From NCBI GenBank assembly GCA_963842525.1, contig CAWJGT010000023.1, positions 256,001-320,000 of the forward strand: a stretch of 64,000 nucleotides of DNA, in the 5' to 3' direction. The translations under genes were made by a program, and so were the position numbers. The stretch is from an uncultured Holophagales bacterium (GTDB lineage Bacteria > Acidobacteriota > Thermoanaerobaculia > Multivoradales > UBA5704). The notes beneath the pieces are model-generated. The model ran no database searches, was not told where the DNA came from, and worked only from the letters and a program-made list of their open reading frames with translations. How positions within the stretch are numbered: the stretch's first letter is position 1; every line of letters begins with the position of its first letter. Shown here one piece after another: positions 26,301-36,894 of the stretch.

Positions 26301-29300
26301 CCGGCGCGGCGGGTGGGCAGGAGCGAGAGGCAGGTAGACGCTACCAGCCTCCAAGATCGCCAGCAGAGCGATCAGATATTCGGGGCTCCGCTCGCCGAGG
26401 ACGCCAACAACCATCTCGGGACCGACACCGCGGGCGATCAGCCGGCGGGCGGCACGTTTGACGCTCTCGCGCCAACTCGGCATAGGTGAGCGTCCGGCCC
26501 TCGCAGGCCACCGCGATTACTCCCGGCGTGAGCTCGGCCTGGCGCGCGAACAGCTCTGGGAAGCAGGCTTCCGACAGCTCGGTGGCCCGATCGTTCCATT
26601 CGATCAGCGCCTGATGGCGCTCGCCTTCCGTCAGCAACGGCAGGTCAGTCAGCGAGCACCCGGGATCAGCCAGGAGCCCGCGCAGCAGCACCTGGAGCTG
26701 GCCGATCAGGCGCTGGACGGTCGCGCCGTCGAACAGGGCCGTGTTGTAGCGCCACTCGCCGGAAAGGCCGTCCTCCCCCGCTTCGAAGTGGAGCACCATG
26801 TCGAATTTCGTGGTCCGGCTCTCGACCTCCGGGATTTCCAGGACCAGGCCGGGCAGGTCGATCCCGGCGGCCTGGTCGCCCGGCATCTCAAGGACCTGGA
26901 AGAGAACCTGGAAGAGCGGCGTATGGGAGAGAGAGCGCTCCGGCCGCAGCTCGGCGACGAGCTTCTCGAACGGCATGTCCTGATGGGCAAAGGCCGAGAG
27001 CGCTGTCTCGCGCACACGTCCGATCAGCTCCAGGCCGCCCATGTCGGCCGATATCGGGACGCGCAGCACCAGGGAGTTGACGAAGAAACCGATCAGTCCC
27101 TCGATCTCGCCGCGATTGCGGTTTGCGCTCGGCACCCCGACCACGATGTCGCCCCCGCCCGTGAGCCGGTGGAGCAACGCGTCGAACGCGGCGAGGAGGG
27201 TCATGAACAGCGTCGAGCCGGCGCGGCGGCCGAAGGCGTGCAGGGCGGCCGTCAGCTCGGCGTGCAGCACCACCGGTCGCGCATCGCCTTCGAAGGACTG
27301 GGCGGCCGGCCTTGGGCGGTCGAGAGGCAGGTCGAGCACCGCAGGGGCGCCGGCCAAGCGCTCGCGCCAGAAGCGGAGGTACTCCTCCAGGACCTCTCCC
27401 CGCAGCCACTCCCGCTGCCAGAGAGCGAAGTCCGCGTACTGGATCGGCAGCTCGGGCAGGGGCGCCAGCTCGCGCGATCCACCTTGCCGGTAGAAGGTGG
27501 CCAGCTCGCGGATCAGGATGCCCATGGACCAGCCGTCCGAGACCACGTGGTGCATGGTCAGAAGCGCCAGATGCTCGGTCCTTGAGAGCCGCAACAGGGC
27601 GGCGCGCAGCAACGGGCCATCGACCAGGTCGAACGGCCGCTCGGCCTCCTCGCAGGCCAGCCGGCCGGCTTCCGTCTCCCTGAGCCCGGCCGGCAGGACT
27701 TCCAGATCGACCTGCGGCAGCGTGCCGGACCGCGGCGGATCGATCACCTGGACGGGATGCCCTTCAACCGTCGGGAACCGGGTGCGCAGACTCTCGTGAC
27801 GGGCCACGACGGCGTCCAGTCTGCGCCCGAGCGCCGCCGCATCGAGGGTCCCGGTCAGCCGGACCACCATCGGCATGTTGTAGGTCGAGGTCCCGGGCTG
27901 GAGCTGTTCCAGGAACCAGAGCCGCTCCTGGGCGAAGGAGAGCGGCAGGTCCGCCGAGTCGTCCCCATCGCGCGGCACGATCGGCGGTGCCTGCCGGGCC
28001 GGATCGGCGCGCAGGAGGCCGCCGATCCGCAGGGCCAGACCGGCGATCGTCGGCGCTTCGAAGAGCCAGCGCAGTGGGATCTCGACGCCGAATACCGAGC
28101 GCACCCGCGAGACCGCCTGGATGGCGAGCAGCGAATGCCCGCCGAGCGCGAAAAAGTCGCTCTCGATCCCCGGGCGCTCGATGCCGAGCACATCGGTCCA
28201 GACCGCCGCGAGCATCTCCTCCACCGGATCGCGCGGCGCCGTGGTCCCCTCCTCCACCCCCTCCGATTCCAGATCCAGCCGCGCCAGAACACCGCGGTCC
28301 GGCTTGCCGTTCGGCGTGAGCGGCATGCTCGGAAGGACCAGGATCGCCGCGGGCAGCATGTACTCGGGGAGGCGCGCCGCGAGCCAGTCCCGTACCCGGG
28401 CGGCCACCCCCTCCCCCGACCCCTCCCCCGCGCGTCCACCATCCCCCACCCCGAGCGGGAGAGGGGCGCCACCACCCAGCCCGCTCTCCTTCCCCCTCTC
28501 CCGTTCGGGGAGGGAGGTCGGGGGACGCACGGGAGAGGGGGCCAGGGGGTGAGGGCTCGGCACCACGTAGGCCACGAGGCCGCGCCCGCCCGGCAGACCC
28601 TCCCGCACACCGACGACCGCCTCCCGGAGGCCCGGACAGCCGGAGAGCGCCGCCTCCACCTCGCCGGGCTCGATGCGGAACCCGCGGACCTTCACCTGGC
28701 GGTCGATCCTTCCCACGAAGCGGAGGTTGCCGTCGGGCAGCCAGAGGACCCGGTCGCCGGTGCGGTAGAGCCGCGCCCCGGGCTCGCCCTGGAGAGTGCC
28801 CGACGGATCAGGCACGAAGCGCTCGGCCGTCACGTCCGGCCGGCCGAGATAGCCGCGCGCCAGGCCGTCGCCGCCGGTCAAGAGCTCCCCAGGGACACCC
28901 GGCGGCACCGGCTGGAACGCCTCGTCCAGGACCTGAACGGTCGTGCCGGGGATCGGCTGGCCGATCGGCACCGGGCTCCCGGGCGGGATCGGCTCGCGGA
29001 TCGTGAACATGGTCGTGTGCGTGGTGTTCTCGGTCGGGCCGTAGCCGTTGATCAGCGTGCACCCCGGCATCTCGGCCAGCATCCGGTTGACCGCTTCGGG
29101 CGCAAGGACATCGCCGCCGGGCAGGGCCTCCGCGAGGTCGCGCAGGATTTCGATCCCGTGCGTCACGATCTGATGGAAAAGCCCCGTGGTCGGCCAGAGG
29201 ATGGTTACGGCGTGCCGCTCCAGCAGCCCGCGCAGCTCCCCCAGAGAGAGGGCTTCGCCCGGTCCCAGGACCAGCCGGCCGCCGTTCAGCAGCATCCCCC

Positions 29301-32300
29301 AGATCTCCGCCGTGGAGCCGTCGAAGGTGATCGGCGAAATCTGGAGCATGGTCGCGTCCGGCGGGAACCGGCCAAGAGTCAGCCGCACGATGCCGCGGTG
29401 CTCGATCGCAACGGCCTTGGGCACGCCGGTCGAGCCGGAGGTGAACATGACGTAGGCGAGGCCCTCACCCCCCTGGCCCCCCTCTCCCAACCGCACTCCC
29501 ACCTCCCGGGAGAGGGGGGAAAAAGCAGGAGAGATCTCGGAGTTGGAGAGAGCCACATCTCCCCTCTCCCGGAGGTTCGGGAGTGCGGATGGGAGAGGGG
29601 CCGGGGGTGAGGGGTCTGGGCCGACCGTGCGCGCTCCTGGGATCTCGAGGCTCTGCGCGCCCTCCGTCACGATGAGCCCGACCCCTGCCTGCGCCACCAT
29701 CTGCGCCAGCCGCTCCTGCGGATCGCCGAGGTCGAGCGGGACGTACGCACCTCCCGCCTCGAGGAGCGCCAGGAACAGGACGATCCGCTCGATCGAGGGT
29801 CCGAGAGCGATGCCCACCGGAGACTCAGGTCCTACGCCCTGGGCACGCAGCCAGTGGGCCACCTGGTTGGCCCGGACGTTCAGCGCGCCGTAGCTCAGGC
29901 AGGCGTCGCCGTCGACCAGGGCGATCCGGTCCGGCTCTTCCACGGCCTGGCGCTCGAAAAGACGGTGGACAGGGATTTCGGTATCCGGGACCGACCCGCC
30001 GTCTCCCCACGCGCCGAGTTGACGCAGCTCGGTCTCGGACAGCAGAGAGGCCTCCTCGTGGAGCACGTCCGGCGCGGAAACCATGGCGGCAAGCGCGCGA
30101 ACGTAGGTGCCGGCCATGGCCTCGGCCTGGCGGGAATCGACCTCCGATTCCTGATAGCTCAGCCGCAAGTCGAGCCGAGTGCCCGACGGATCGAGCTGAA
30201 AGCTCGGACCCAGCGGAAAGTCGGTCTCCTCGTAGCCGTACCAGTCGAGCAGCTCGACGCCCGGGGCCTCCTGAACCGCCTGGTAGACGTGGAAGTGGAC
30301 GAAGTTGAAGACCGTGTCGAAGAGCGGTCCGCCGTCGCGCTCCGCCTGCAACTCGGCCAGCGGAAAGCGCCGGTGCGGCAGCATCTCCCTTTCCGTCTCG
30401 AAGGTCGCGCGGACCAGGCCGGCCCAGCTCTCGGCGCCCAGATGTGCCCGGAACGGCAGGGTGTTGAGGAAGAGCCCCAGTGCCCGGTCGCTCCCCTCGG
30501 TCTCGGGCCGGCCGTTGGCGACCAACCCGGTGATCACCTCGCGGCGGCCCGTCCACCGGGAGAGCACCTTGAGATGGGCCGCGAGCAGGACGCTCTTCAA
30601 GGGGACGCCGACCGCGCGGGAAACTGCCCGCAGACCGTCGAGGGTCTCGCCGGGGATGGCCACGACCACATCGCGCGCCCTGCCGGCGAGCTTCCCTTCC
30701 ACGGGCCAGCGCGGCAGCCGGCTCGGCTCGGCCCCGGCAAGCCGTTCCCGCCAGAAGCCGCGGGTCTCGGACGATGCGAGGGCCATCTGTTCCAGCCGCA
30801 CGAAGTCGCGGAACGCGGCGGGCGGCGGCTCCTCGTTTACGGGCTTCTCGGAGACATAGCCGCGGAACAGCTCGGCGAGGAGCGACGCCGCGCTCCAGCC
30901 GTCGAGCACCGAGTGATGGAAGCTCAGGGTCAGTTGAAAGACGTCCTCGTCCAGCCGGTGGACGTGGAAGCGCACCAGCGGCGGCCGGCTCCAGGAGAAG
31001 CCGCGGTGCCGCTCCGACTCCAGCCAGGCCGCCACGACTTCCGCCCGCTCGCCCTCCGGCAGGCCCCGCAAGTCCTCCAGCTCGAACGGCGCCTCGACCT
31101 CTCCATGGACGAGCTGGATCGGCTCGTCGAACGAATTCAGATCGAACGAGGTCCGCAGCACCGGGTGGCGGGCCAGGGCGCTCTCGACCGCGAGACGCAG
31201 CCGTGCGGCATCGAAGGGAGCGCGCAGGCGGGCGCTGAAGACGTCGTGGTAGACCGCTGTCTCCGGGCTGTACTCGGTGTGGAAGAGCATGCCGGCCTGG
31301 AGGCGGGCTAGGGGGTAGGCGTCGATGATGGAGACCTCACCCCCTGTCCCCCTCTCCCATCTCCCACCCTCCCATCCCCGGGAGAGGGGGGACGTAGTTG
31401 TTGCCTGTGTGGCGAGCTCGCGGAACGGCTCCGAATGCGTTCCCCCTCTCCCGGCGGGGGATGGAAGGGAGATGGGAGAGGGGGCCAGGGGGTGAGGACT
31501 CCCGCCCACCTCCCGCGCCAGCTCCCGCAGCACCGGATGATGAAAGAGCTGCTGAAGGCTCAGCTCGATCCCACGTTCGCGCGCCAGGGCCAGCACCCGC
31601 AGGCTCAGGATCGAGTCGCCGCCCAGGGCGAAGAAGCTGTCCCGCGCCCCCACCCGCTCGACGCCCAGGACTTCCTCCCAGACCTCGGCGAGCGTCTCCT
31701 CCACCAGCGTAGCCGGCGGCTCGAAGCCCTCCGTGGCCACCACCTCGGGCCGGACCTCCAGCCGCGCGAGAGCCCGCCGGTCCAGCTTGCCGTTGGGTGT
31801 GAGCGGCAGCGCGTCGACCTCCACGAAGGCGGCCGGAATCATGTGGTCGGGGAGACGGATGCGGAGGAAAGCCAGAACCTCACCCCCTGTCCCCCTCTCC
31901 CATCGCCCCCCCACCGACCGGGAGAGGGGGGACGTAGTGCTGGCTGGTGTGGCAATAGCGGGCGTCAAGTCCTCGGGGCGTTCCGCGGGAACAACATCCT
32001 GCGTCCCCATATGCTCCCGTGAGGCCGATGCTTGGATCTCGCCGGAGAGCTCCGGACGCGTCCCCCCTCTCCCGGTCGGGGGGAGGGTGATGGGAGAGGG
32101 GGACAGGGGGTGAGGCACCACATACGCCACCAGCATCCGTCCCTCTCCGCCCACCCGCTCCCGTGCCAGAACCGCGGCCTCGGCCACGGCCGGATGCGCC
32201 GCAAGGGCCGCTTCGATCTCCCCCGGCTCGATACGGAAGCCGCGGATCTTGAGCTGGTCGTCGCTTCGCCCAAGGTACTGGAGGTCCCCGCCGGGAAGCC

Positions 32301-35144
32301 GCCGGGCGAGGTCGCCCGAACGGTAGAGCCGCGCCCCGGGCTCGGAGGCATCGGGGACGAAGCGCTCGGCCGTCAGCTCCGGACGGCCGAGATAGCCGCG
32401 CGCCAGGCCGCGCCCACCCACGCAGATCTCGCCGGGCACGAGGTCCGGCACCGGCCGGCCGTGGCCGTCGAGGAGCGAGATCCGGAGGTCCGGGATCGGC
32501 TCTCCGATCATGCTGCCGGGCGCATTCGCGAGGTCGGCCTGCACGATCCGCCGGAAGGTCACATGCACGGTCGTCTCGGTGATGCCGTACATGTTGGCCA
32601 GCCGGGGCCGCTCGCCGCCATGCCGCTCGATCCAGGGCGCCAGGACCGGCAGCTCCAACGCCTCGCCGCCGAAGATCACCCACCGCAGGGACGGCCCCAC
32701 GGGGACTGCGCCAGCATGGTCCCGCTCCCACTGCACAAGTTGGCGGAAGGCCGACGGGGTCTGGTTGAGGACGGTCACCCGCTCCTCCGCCAGCAGGCGG
32801 GCCAAGGCCTCGGGCGAGCGGCTCACCCAGAACGGCACCACCACGAGCCGGCCGCCCCACGCCAGGGCGCCCCAGATCTCCCACACCGAGAAGTCGAACG
32901 CAAAGGAGTGGAAGAGCGTCCAGACGTCCTGGGACGAGAAGCCGAACCGGGGCTGGCAGGCGGCGAGCAGGCGGGCCACCTCGGCGTGACGGACCACGAC
33001 ACCCTTGGGCCGCCCCGTCGAGCCGGAGGTGTAGATCACATACGCGGCGTTGTCCTCCTCTGCACCACCCGCGAGGCGTTCGGGGTTTTCCAGGTCCTGC
33101 AGGTCATCGAGTCGCACGAGGGCCAGGCGGTCCGCCCCGGGCAGGCGCCCGGCAAGCTCATCCCGGGTAACTACGACACGGACGCCCGAATCCTCCACAA
33201 GGAACGCCAGCCGCTCGGTCGGAAGGTCCGGATCAAGTGGGACATAGGCGCCGCCGGCCTTGAGGATGCCGAGGATGCCGAGCGGGGTCTCGGGCGAGCG
33301 CTGGAGGCAGAGCCCGACCCGGATCTCCGGGCCGACGCCGAGGCGCCGGAGCCGGCGGGCCAGCCGGTTCGAGCAGCGCGTCGAGCTCGCCATAGGTCGT
33401 CCCGCGTCCCTCGAACAAGACGGCGACCGCTCGAGGGTCCCGGTCCGCAGCGGCTTCGAAGAGGCGGTGCAGAGCCCTCTCCCCCTGACCCCCTCTCCCG
33501 TGCGGCCCCCATTCCTCCACCCCGAACGGGAGAGGGGGAACGCTGTGGTGATCCTCGGAAGAAACAACTGACGGTTGGGTGGCGGCGCCCCTCTCCCGCT
33601 CGGGATGGGGGGTGGTGGACGCGCGGGGGAGGGGTCGGGGGAGGGGGCTCACAACGGCCCTGATCTCCTCCTCCGTCAGCATCGGCAGCTCGGAAAGCCG
33701 GCGCTCCGGATCGGCCGCCATCCCGGCGAGGAGCGCCTGAAAATGGCCGGCGATGCGGGCGGCGGCCGGGGCATCGAAAAGGTCGGTGCTGTACTCGAAA
33801 TAGCCCTCGAGGTCGTCGCCCGCCTCGGTGACCGACAGCATCAGGTCGTAGCGCGCCGTCCGCGCCTCGGTATCCAACGCGGCAAGCTCGACGCCGGGCA
33901 GGTGGAACGCGACGGGTGGCGTGTTCTGGAAGGACAGGACCACCTGGACGAGCGGCGGGCGCAGCGGATCGCGGTCAATCCGCAGCTCCTCGATCAGCTT
34001 TTCGAAAGGGAGGTCCTGGTGTGCCTGGGCGCCGACGGTCGCCTCGCGGGTGCGCGCCAGGAGGGTGCGGACCGAGGGGTCGCCGGACAGATCCGCCCGC
34101 AGGACCAGGGTATTCACGAAGAGCCCGATCAGTCCTTCGAAGCTCCGCCCGGTTGCGCCCGGCCACCGGCGAGCCCACGAGCAGGTCGGTCGCGCCGGAG
34201 TAGCGGTGCAGCAGGATATCGAGCCCGGCGAGAAGGATCATGAAGAGCGTCGCTCCCTCGCCGCGGGCCAGCGCCCGCAGCTCTGCCGGGAGATCTCCCG
34301 CCAGAGTGAAGAGCTGGTCCGCACCGCCGGAGCCGCGGACGGCCGGCCAGGGACGGGTGACCGGCAGCTCGACGACCGGCGGCGCCCCGTCGAGAGCCTG
34401 CCTCCAGTAGCCAAGCTGCGCCTCCAGCCGCTCGCCTTCGAGCCACTCCCGCTGCCAGACGGCGAAGTCGGGCACCTGGACCGGCAGCTCCGGCAGCGGC
34501 GAGGGCCTCTCCAGCAGGCGCGCTTCGTAGAGGGCCGCGAAATCGCGCACGAACACGGCGATCGACCAGCCGTCGGACACGATGTGATGCATCGTCACCA
34601 GCGCGACGTGCTCCTCCGGCCCGCAGCGCAGCAGGGCGGCCCGCACCAGCCGGTCCCGGGAGAGGTCGAACGGCAGCAGCCCCTCCTCCTCGACGATGCG
34701 CTCCACCTCGGCCGAACGGACCTCCGCGGGCAGGCCAGCCAGGTCGACGATCGGCGCCGGCAGCGGCTCCGGCGGGCGGACGACCTGGACCGGCCGCCCC
34801 CCCACGACATCGAAGCCGGTCCGCAGGCTCTCCTGCCGCCGCACCAGCTCGTCGAAGGCCCAGCGCAGCGCCGGAATGTCGAGGCGTCCCTGGAAACGGG
34901 TGGCCGACGAGATGTTCCATGCCGGGTTGCGCGGCTGCCACTGGTCCATGAACCAGAGCCGCTGCTGGGCGAAGGAGAGCGGCAGCTCACGGTCGCGCGG
35001 CACCGGCCGCAGCTCGAGCTCGTCCGGCTCGCGTTCGGCCGCCTTCCGCCGCAAGCGAAGCATGAGCAACGCCCGCTGCTCCGGCGTGAGGCCGGCCAGG
35101 CTATCGTTCAAAGCGGTCGAATCGATGACTTCGGGGCTGCTCAT
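20281..35144 (-). CDS. Four-module NRPS C-A-T-C-A-T-C-A-T-C-A-T-TE (probably one gene broken by frameshifts)
   Basis: C motifs HHIVSDG, HHSVLDG, HHVVSDG, HHIACDG; four TSGSTG A3 motifs; T motifs GGDSI, GGHSL, GGDSI, GGHSL; TE GWSFGG; spread over overlapping ORFs 33975-35144, 33233-34117, 26341-33567, 24768-26483, 24074-25045 and 20281-24771. Confidence 0.93.
22481..22593. repeat. Family-B palindromic element in frame in NRPS A4 (loop before motif A3)
   Basis: CCCTGGGTTTACACCCTGGGCTAC...GTAGCCCCGGGTGTCAACCCGGG; encodes RPGLTPGATQFRPPGS...PGGRHSVAQGVNPGR. Confidence 0.85.
24765..24970. repeat. Family-A composite in frame in the NRPS A3 C-terminal subdomain
   Basis: Encodes PHPLSPSP...GGRWERGLGGEV between LVAYVV and LRHRLPDYM. 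Confidence 0.9.
25997..26219. repeat. Family-B composite palindrome in frame in NRPS A3 (loop before motif A3)
   Basis: GGCATAAAGCCTGGGGTTTCAACCCCAGGA and its inverse TCCTGGGGTTGAAACCCCAGGCTTTATGCC; AAGCCCCGAAGGGGCG and its inverse. Confidence 0.92.
28407..28555. repeat. Family-A composite in frame in the NRPS A2 C-terminal subdomain
   Basis: Encodes PHPLAPSP...RAGEGSGEG between LVAYVVP and RLPEYMLP; one arm matches intergenic 45807-45877. Confidence 0.9.
29462..29614. repeat. Family-A composite in frame in NRPS A2, directly before LAYVMFTSGSTG
   Basis: Encodes PSPPAPLPSALP...GEGGQGGEG; one arm matches intergenic 2631-2688. Confidence 0.9.
31334..31497. repeat. Family-A composite in frame in the NRPS T1-C2 linker
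   Basis: Encodes PHPLAPSP...WERGTGGEV; near-copy of intergenic 14819-14979. Confidence 0.92.
31877..32115. repeat. Family-A composite in frame in the NRPS A1 C-terminal subdomain
   Basis: About 80 aa PHPLSPSP...WERGTGGEV between LVAYVV and LRIRLPDHMIP. Confidence 0.92.
33475..33647. repeat. Family-A composite in frame in the NRPS C1-A1 linker
   Basis: Encodes [20 protein letters not shown]...GRGGQGE before LHRLFE; inverted relative to 28407-28555. Confidence 0.88.
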
Positions 35145-35359
35145 GGCCAGAGGGAATGACCGGAGGGAAGCCGGTCAGAGGAAGAACGTAGACGGTCTCA
35201 CAGATCTCTCATGGATTCAACCGGGGCCTCCGCGGCTCGCCGCGCTTTCTCTACGGAGTGACCTAAAAGGCATGGATTGGAGCGGCTCCTTGCCGCTTTT
35301 CACCCTACGATCCGACACTGACGCCGGAGGGGCTGCGAGCGGTTTTTGCCGTCGCACCT

Positions 35360-36079
35360 CTACCCTGACGAGCTTCCCTCTGCCTCGGGAGAAAACAGCG
35401 ACAGCACCGGCAGCCCCAGCCGCTGGCGCACGATCTGGAACCGCAGCCGCTCGCGCGAGCGCTCCAGCTCCTCGGCAGGCAGCCGGGCGCGCAGTCCGGC
35501 GAGGGTCTTCTCCACCGCCGCCTCCACCTCGGCCCAGCCGGCCTCATCCAGCGCGGCTCCGGCTCTGGCGAGCATCTCGGTGTCCAGATCGGACAACCCT
35601 TCCTCCACCGTCGGGGGATCTCCCGCCAGCATTGTGATCCGGGAAGCGATCTCTTCGCGGCCCGGGAGGCTCTGCGGTAGCGCCGCAGCGAGGGCGTGCA
35701 GGCGACCAGGGATGTGGAACGGCGGCGCCTTCGCACGCTCGCCAGGGGCGGTCAGCTCGCGCAGCTCCGCCCAGGCGGCCTCGACGGCAGGGGCGCAGTA
35801 GCGAAGGCTCGAAAGCCTGCCTCTGGCGCCACGCTCCTTCCCACGCTCCTTCCACTTGGCGAAGGCATCCTCCAGGACACGCTCGATCAGGTCCAGAGGA
35901 ATGCCCGCCTCATACCAGCGGAAAGCGACGTGGTAGTCAGCCGGAGGGAGCAGCGTGGCGGAATTCCGGAGCCTGAGGAAGATGTCCTCGATGGCCAGGA
36001 AGTATGCGTGGCCACCAAGATCGTCTTGAACCTCCATCATGGTGTCCGGAGGTGTTTTCCCCTCAGGGGGTGAGGTCAT
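35360..36079 (-). CDS. Hypothetical protein
   Basis: ATGA-coupled to coaX; YFLAIEDIF...WYEAGIPL...SLRYCAPAV. Confidence 0.75.
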   Translation of the reverse strand: MTSPPEGKTPPDTMMEVQDDLGGHAYFLAIEDIFLRLRNSATLLPPADYHVAFRWYEAGIPLDLIERVLEDAFAKWKERGKERGARGRLSSLRYCAPAVEAAWAELRELTAPGERAKAPPFHIPGRLHALAAALPQSLPGREEIASRITMLAGDPPTVEEGLSDLDTEMLARAGAALDEAGWAEVEAAVEKTLAGLRARLPAEELERSRERLRFQIVRQRLGLPVLSLFSPEAEGSSSG

Positions 36080-36894
36080 CCCCGATTCCGGTCATAGATC
36101 AGCTTCAGCCCCGCCAGGGTGAGCATCGGGTCCACGTCCCGGATGTACTTCGAGCCCTCGGCGATCAGGTCGGCCTGGCCGCCGGTGGCGACCACGGTCT
36201 TGATCCCCGGGATGTCGGCGAGCAACCGCTCCAGGATGCCGTCCACCAGGCCGATGTAGCCGTAGTAGATGCCGGCCTGCATGGCCCCGGCGGTGTTCTT
36301 CCCCACCAGCTCGTGCGGCTTGCGGACGTCGACCCGGTAGAGCCGCGAGGCGTGCGCGAAGAGCGCCTCGGCCGAGATCATGATGCCGGGCGCGATGATG
36401 CCGCCCACGTACTCCCCCGCCGCGCTCACCACGTCGAAGGTGGTCGCCGTGCCGAAGTCCACCACGATGACCGGCGCGCCGTAGCGCTCGCGGGCGGCCA
36501 CGGCGTTGACGATGCGGTCAGCCCCGACCTCGGCCGGGTTGTCGTAGCGGATCGGCATGCCGGTGCGCACGCCCGGCTCGATGAAGAGCGGCTTCTGGCC
36601 GAAGTAGCGGCGCGCCAGGTGGTCGAGGGTCATATGGAGCGGCGGCACCACCGACGAGATCACCACGGCCTCGGCCGCCATGGGGTCGACTCCCCCGCGG
36701 GTGAAGAGCGGCAGCAGGAGCGAGCCGTACTCGTCCGCCGTCCGCTCCGTGTCGGTGGAGAGCCGGAAGCTCTCGATCAGCTCGTCCCCTCGATAGACCC
36801 CGAACACCGTGTTGGTGTTGCCCACGTCGACCAGGACGATCAGTCCGCTCGTGCTCCCCTCGCCGTCCCGCGTCCGCCTCCGTCCGTCTGTCAT
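36076..36894 (-). CDS. coaX: Type III pantothenate kinase
   Basis: VDVGNTN, ISSVVP, VGADRIVNA, VDFGTATT, ATGG. Confidence 0.95.
   Translation of the reverse strand: MTDGRRRTRDGEGSTSGLIVLVDVGNTNTVFGVYRGDELIESFRLSTDTERTADEYGSLLLPLFTRGGVDPMAAEAVVISSVVPPLHMTLDHLARRYFGQKPLFIEPGVRTGMPIRYDNPAEVGADRIVNAVAARERYGAPVIVVDFGTATTFDVVSAAGEYVGGIIAPGIMISAEALFAHASRLYRVDVRKPHELVGKNTAGAMQAGIYYGYIGLVDGILERLLADIPGIKTVVATGGQADLIAEGSKYIRDVDPMLTLAGLKLIYDRNRG

Noticed and set aside
24765-32115. NRPS inserts as inteins or group I/II introns
   Set aside because: Too short, with no intein C/S...HN motifs or intron structure; they match intergenic palindromes
36059-36075. Family-A element at the coaX/hypothetical junction
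   Set aside because: Only a short CAGGGGGTGAGG match, insufficient to call
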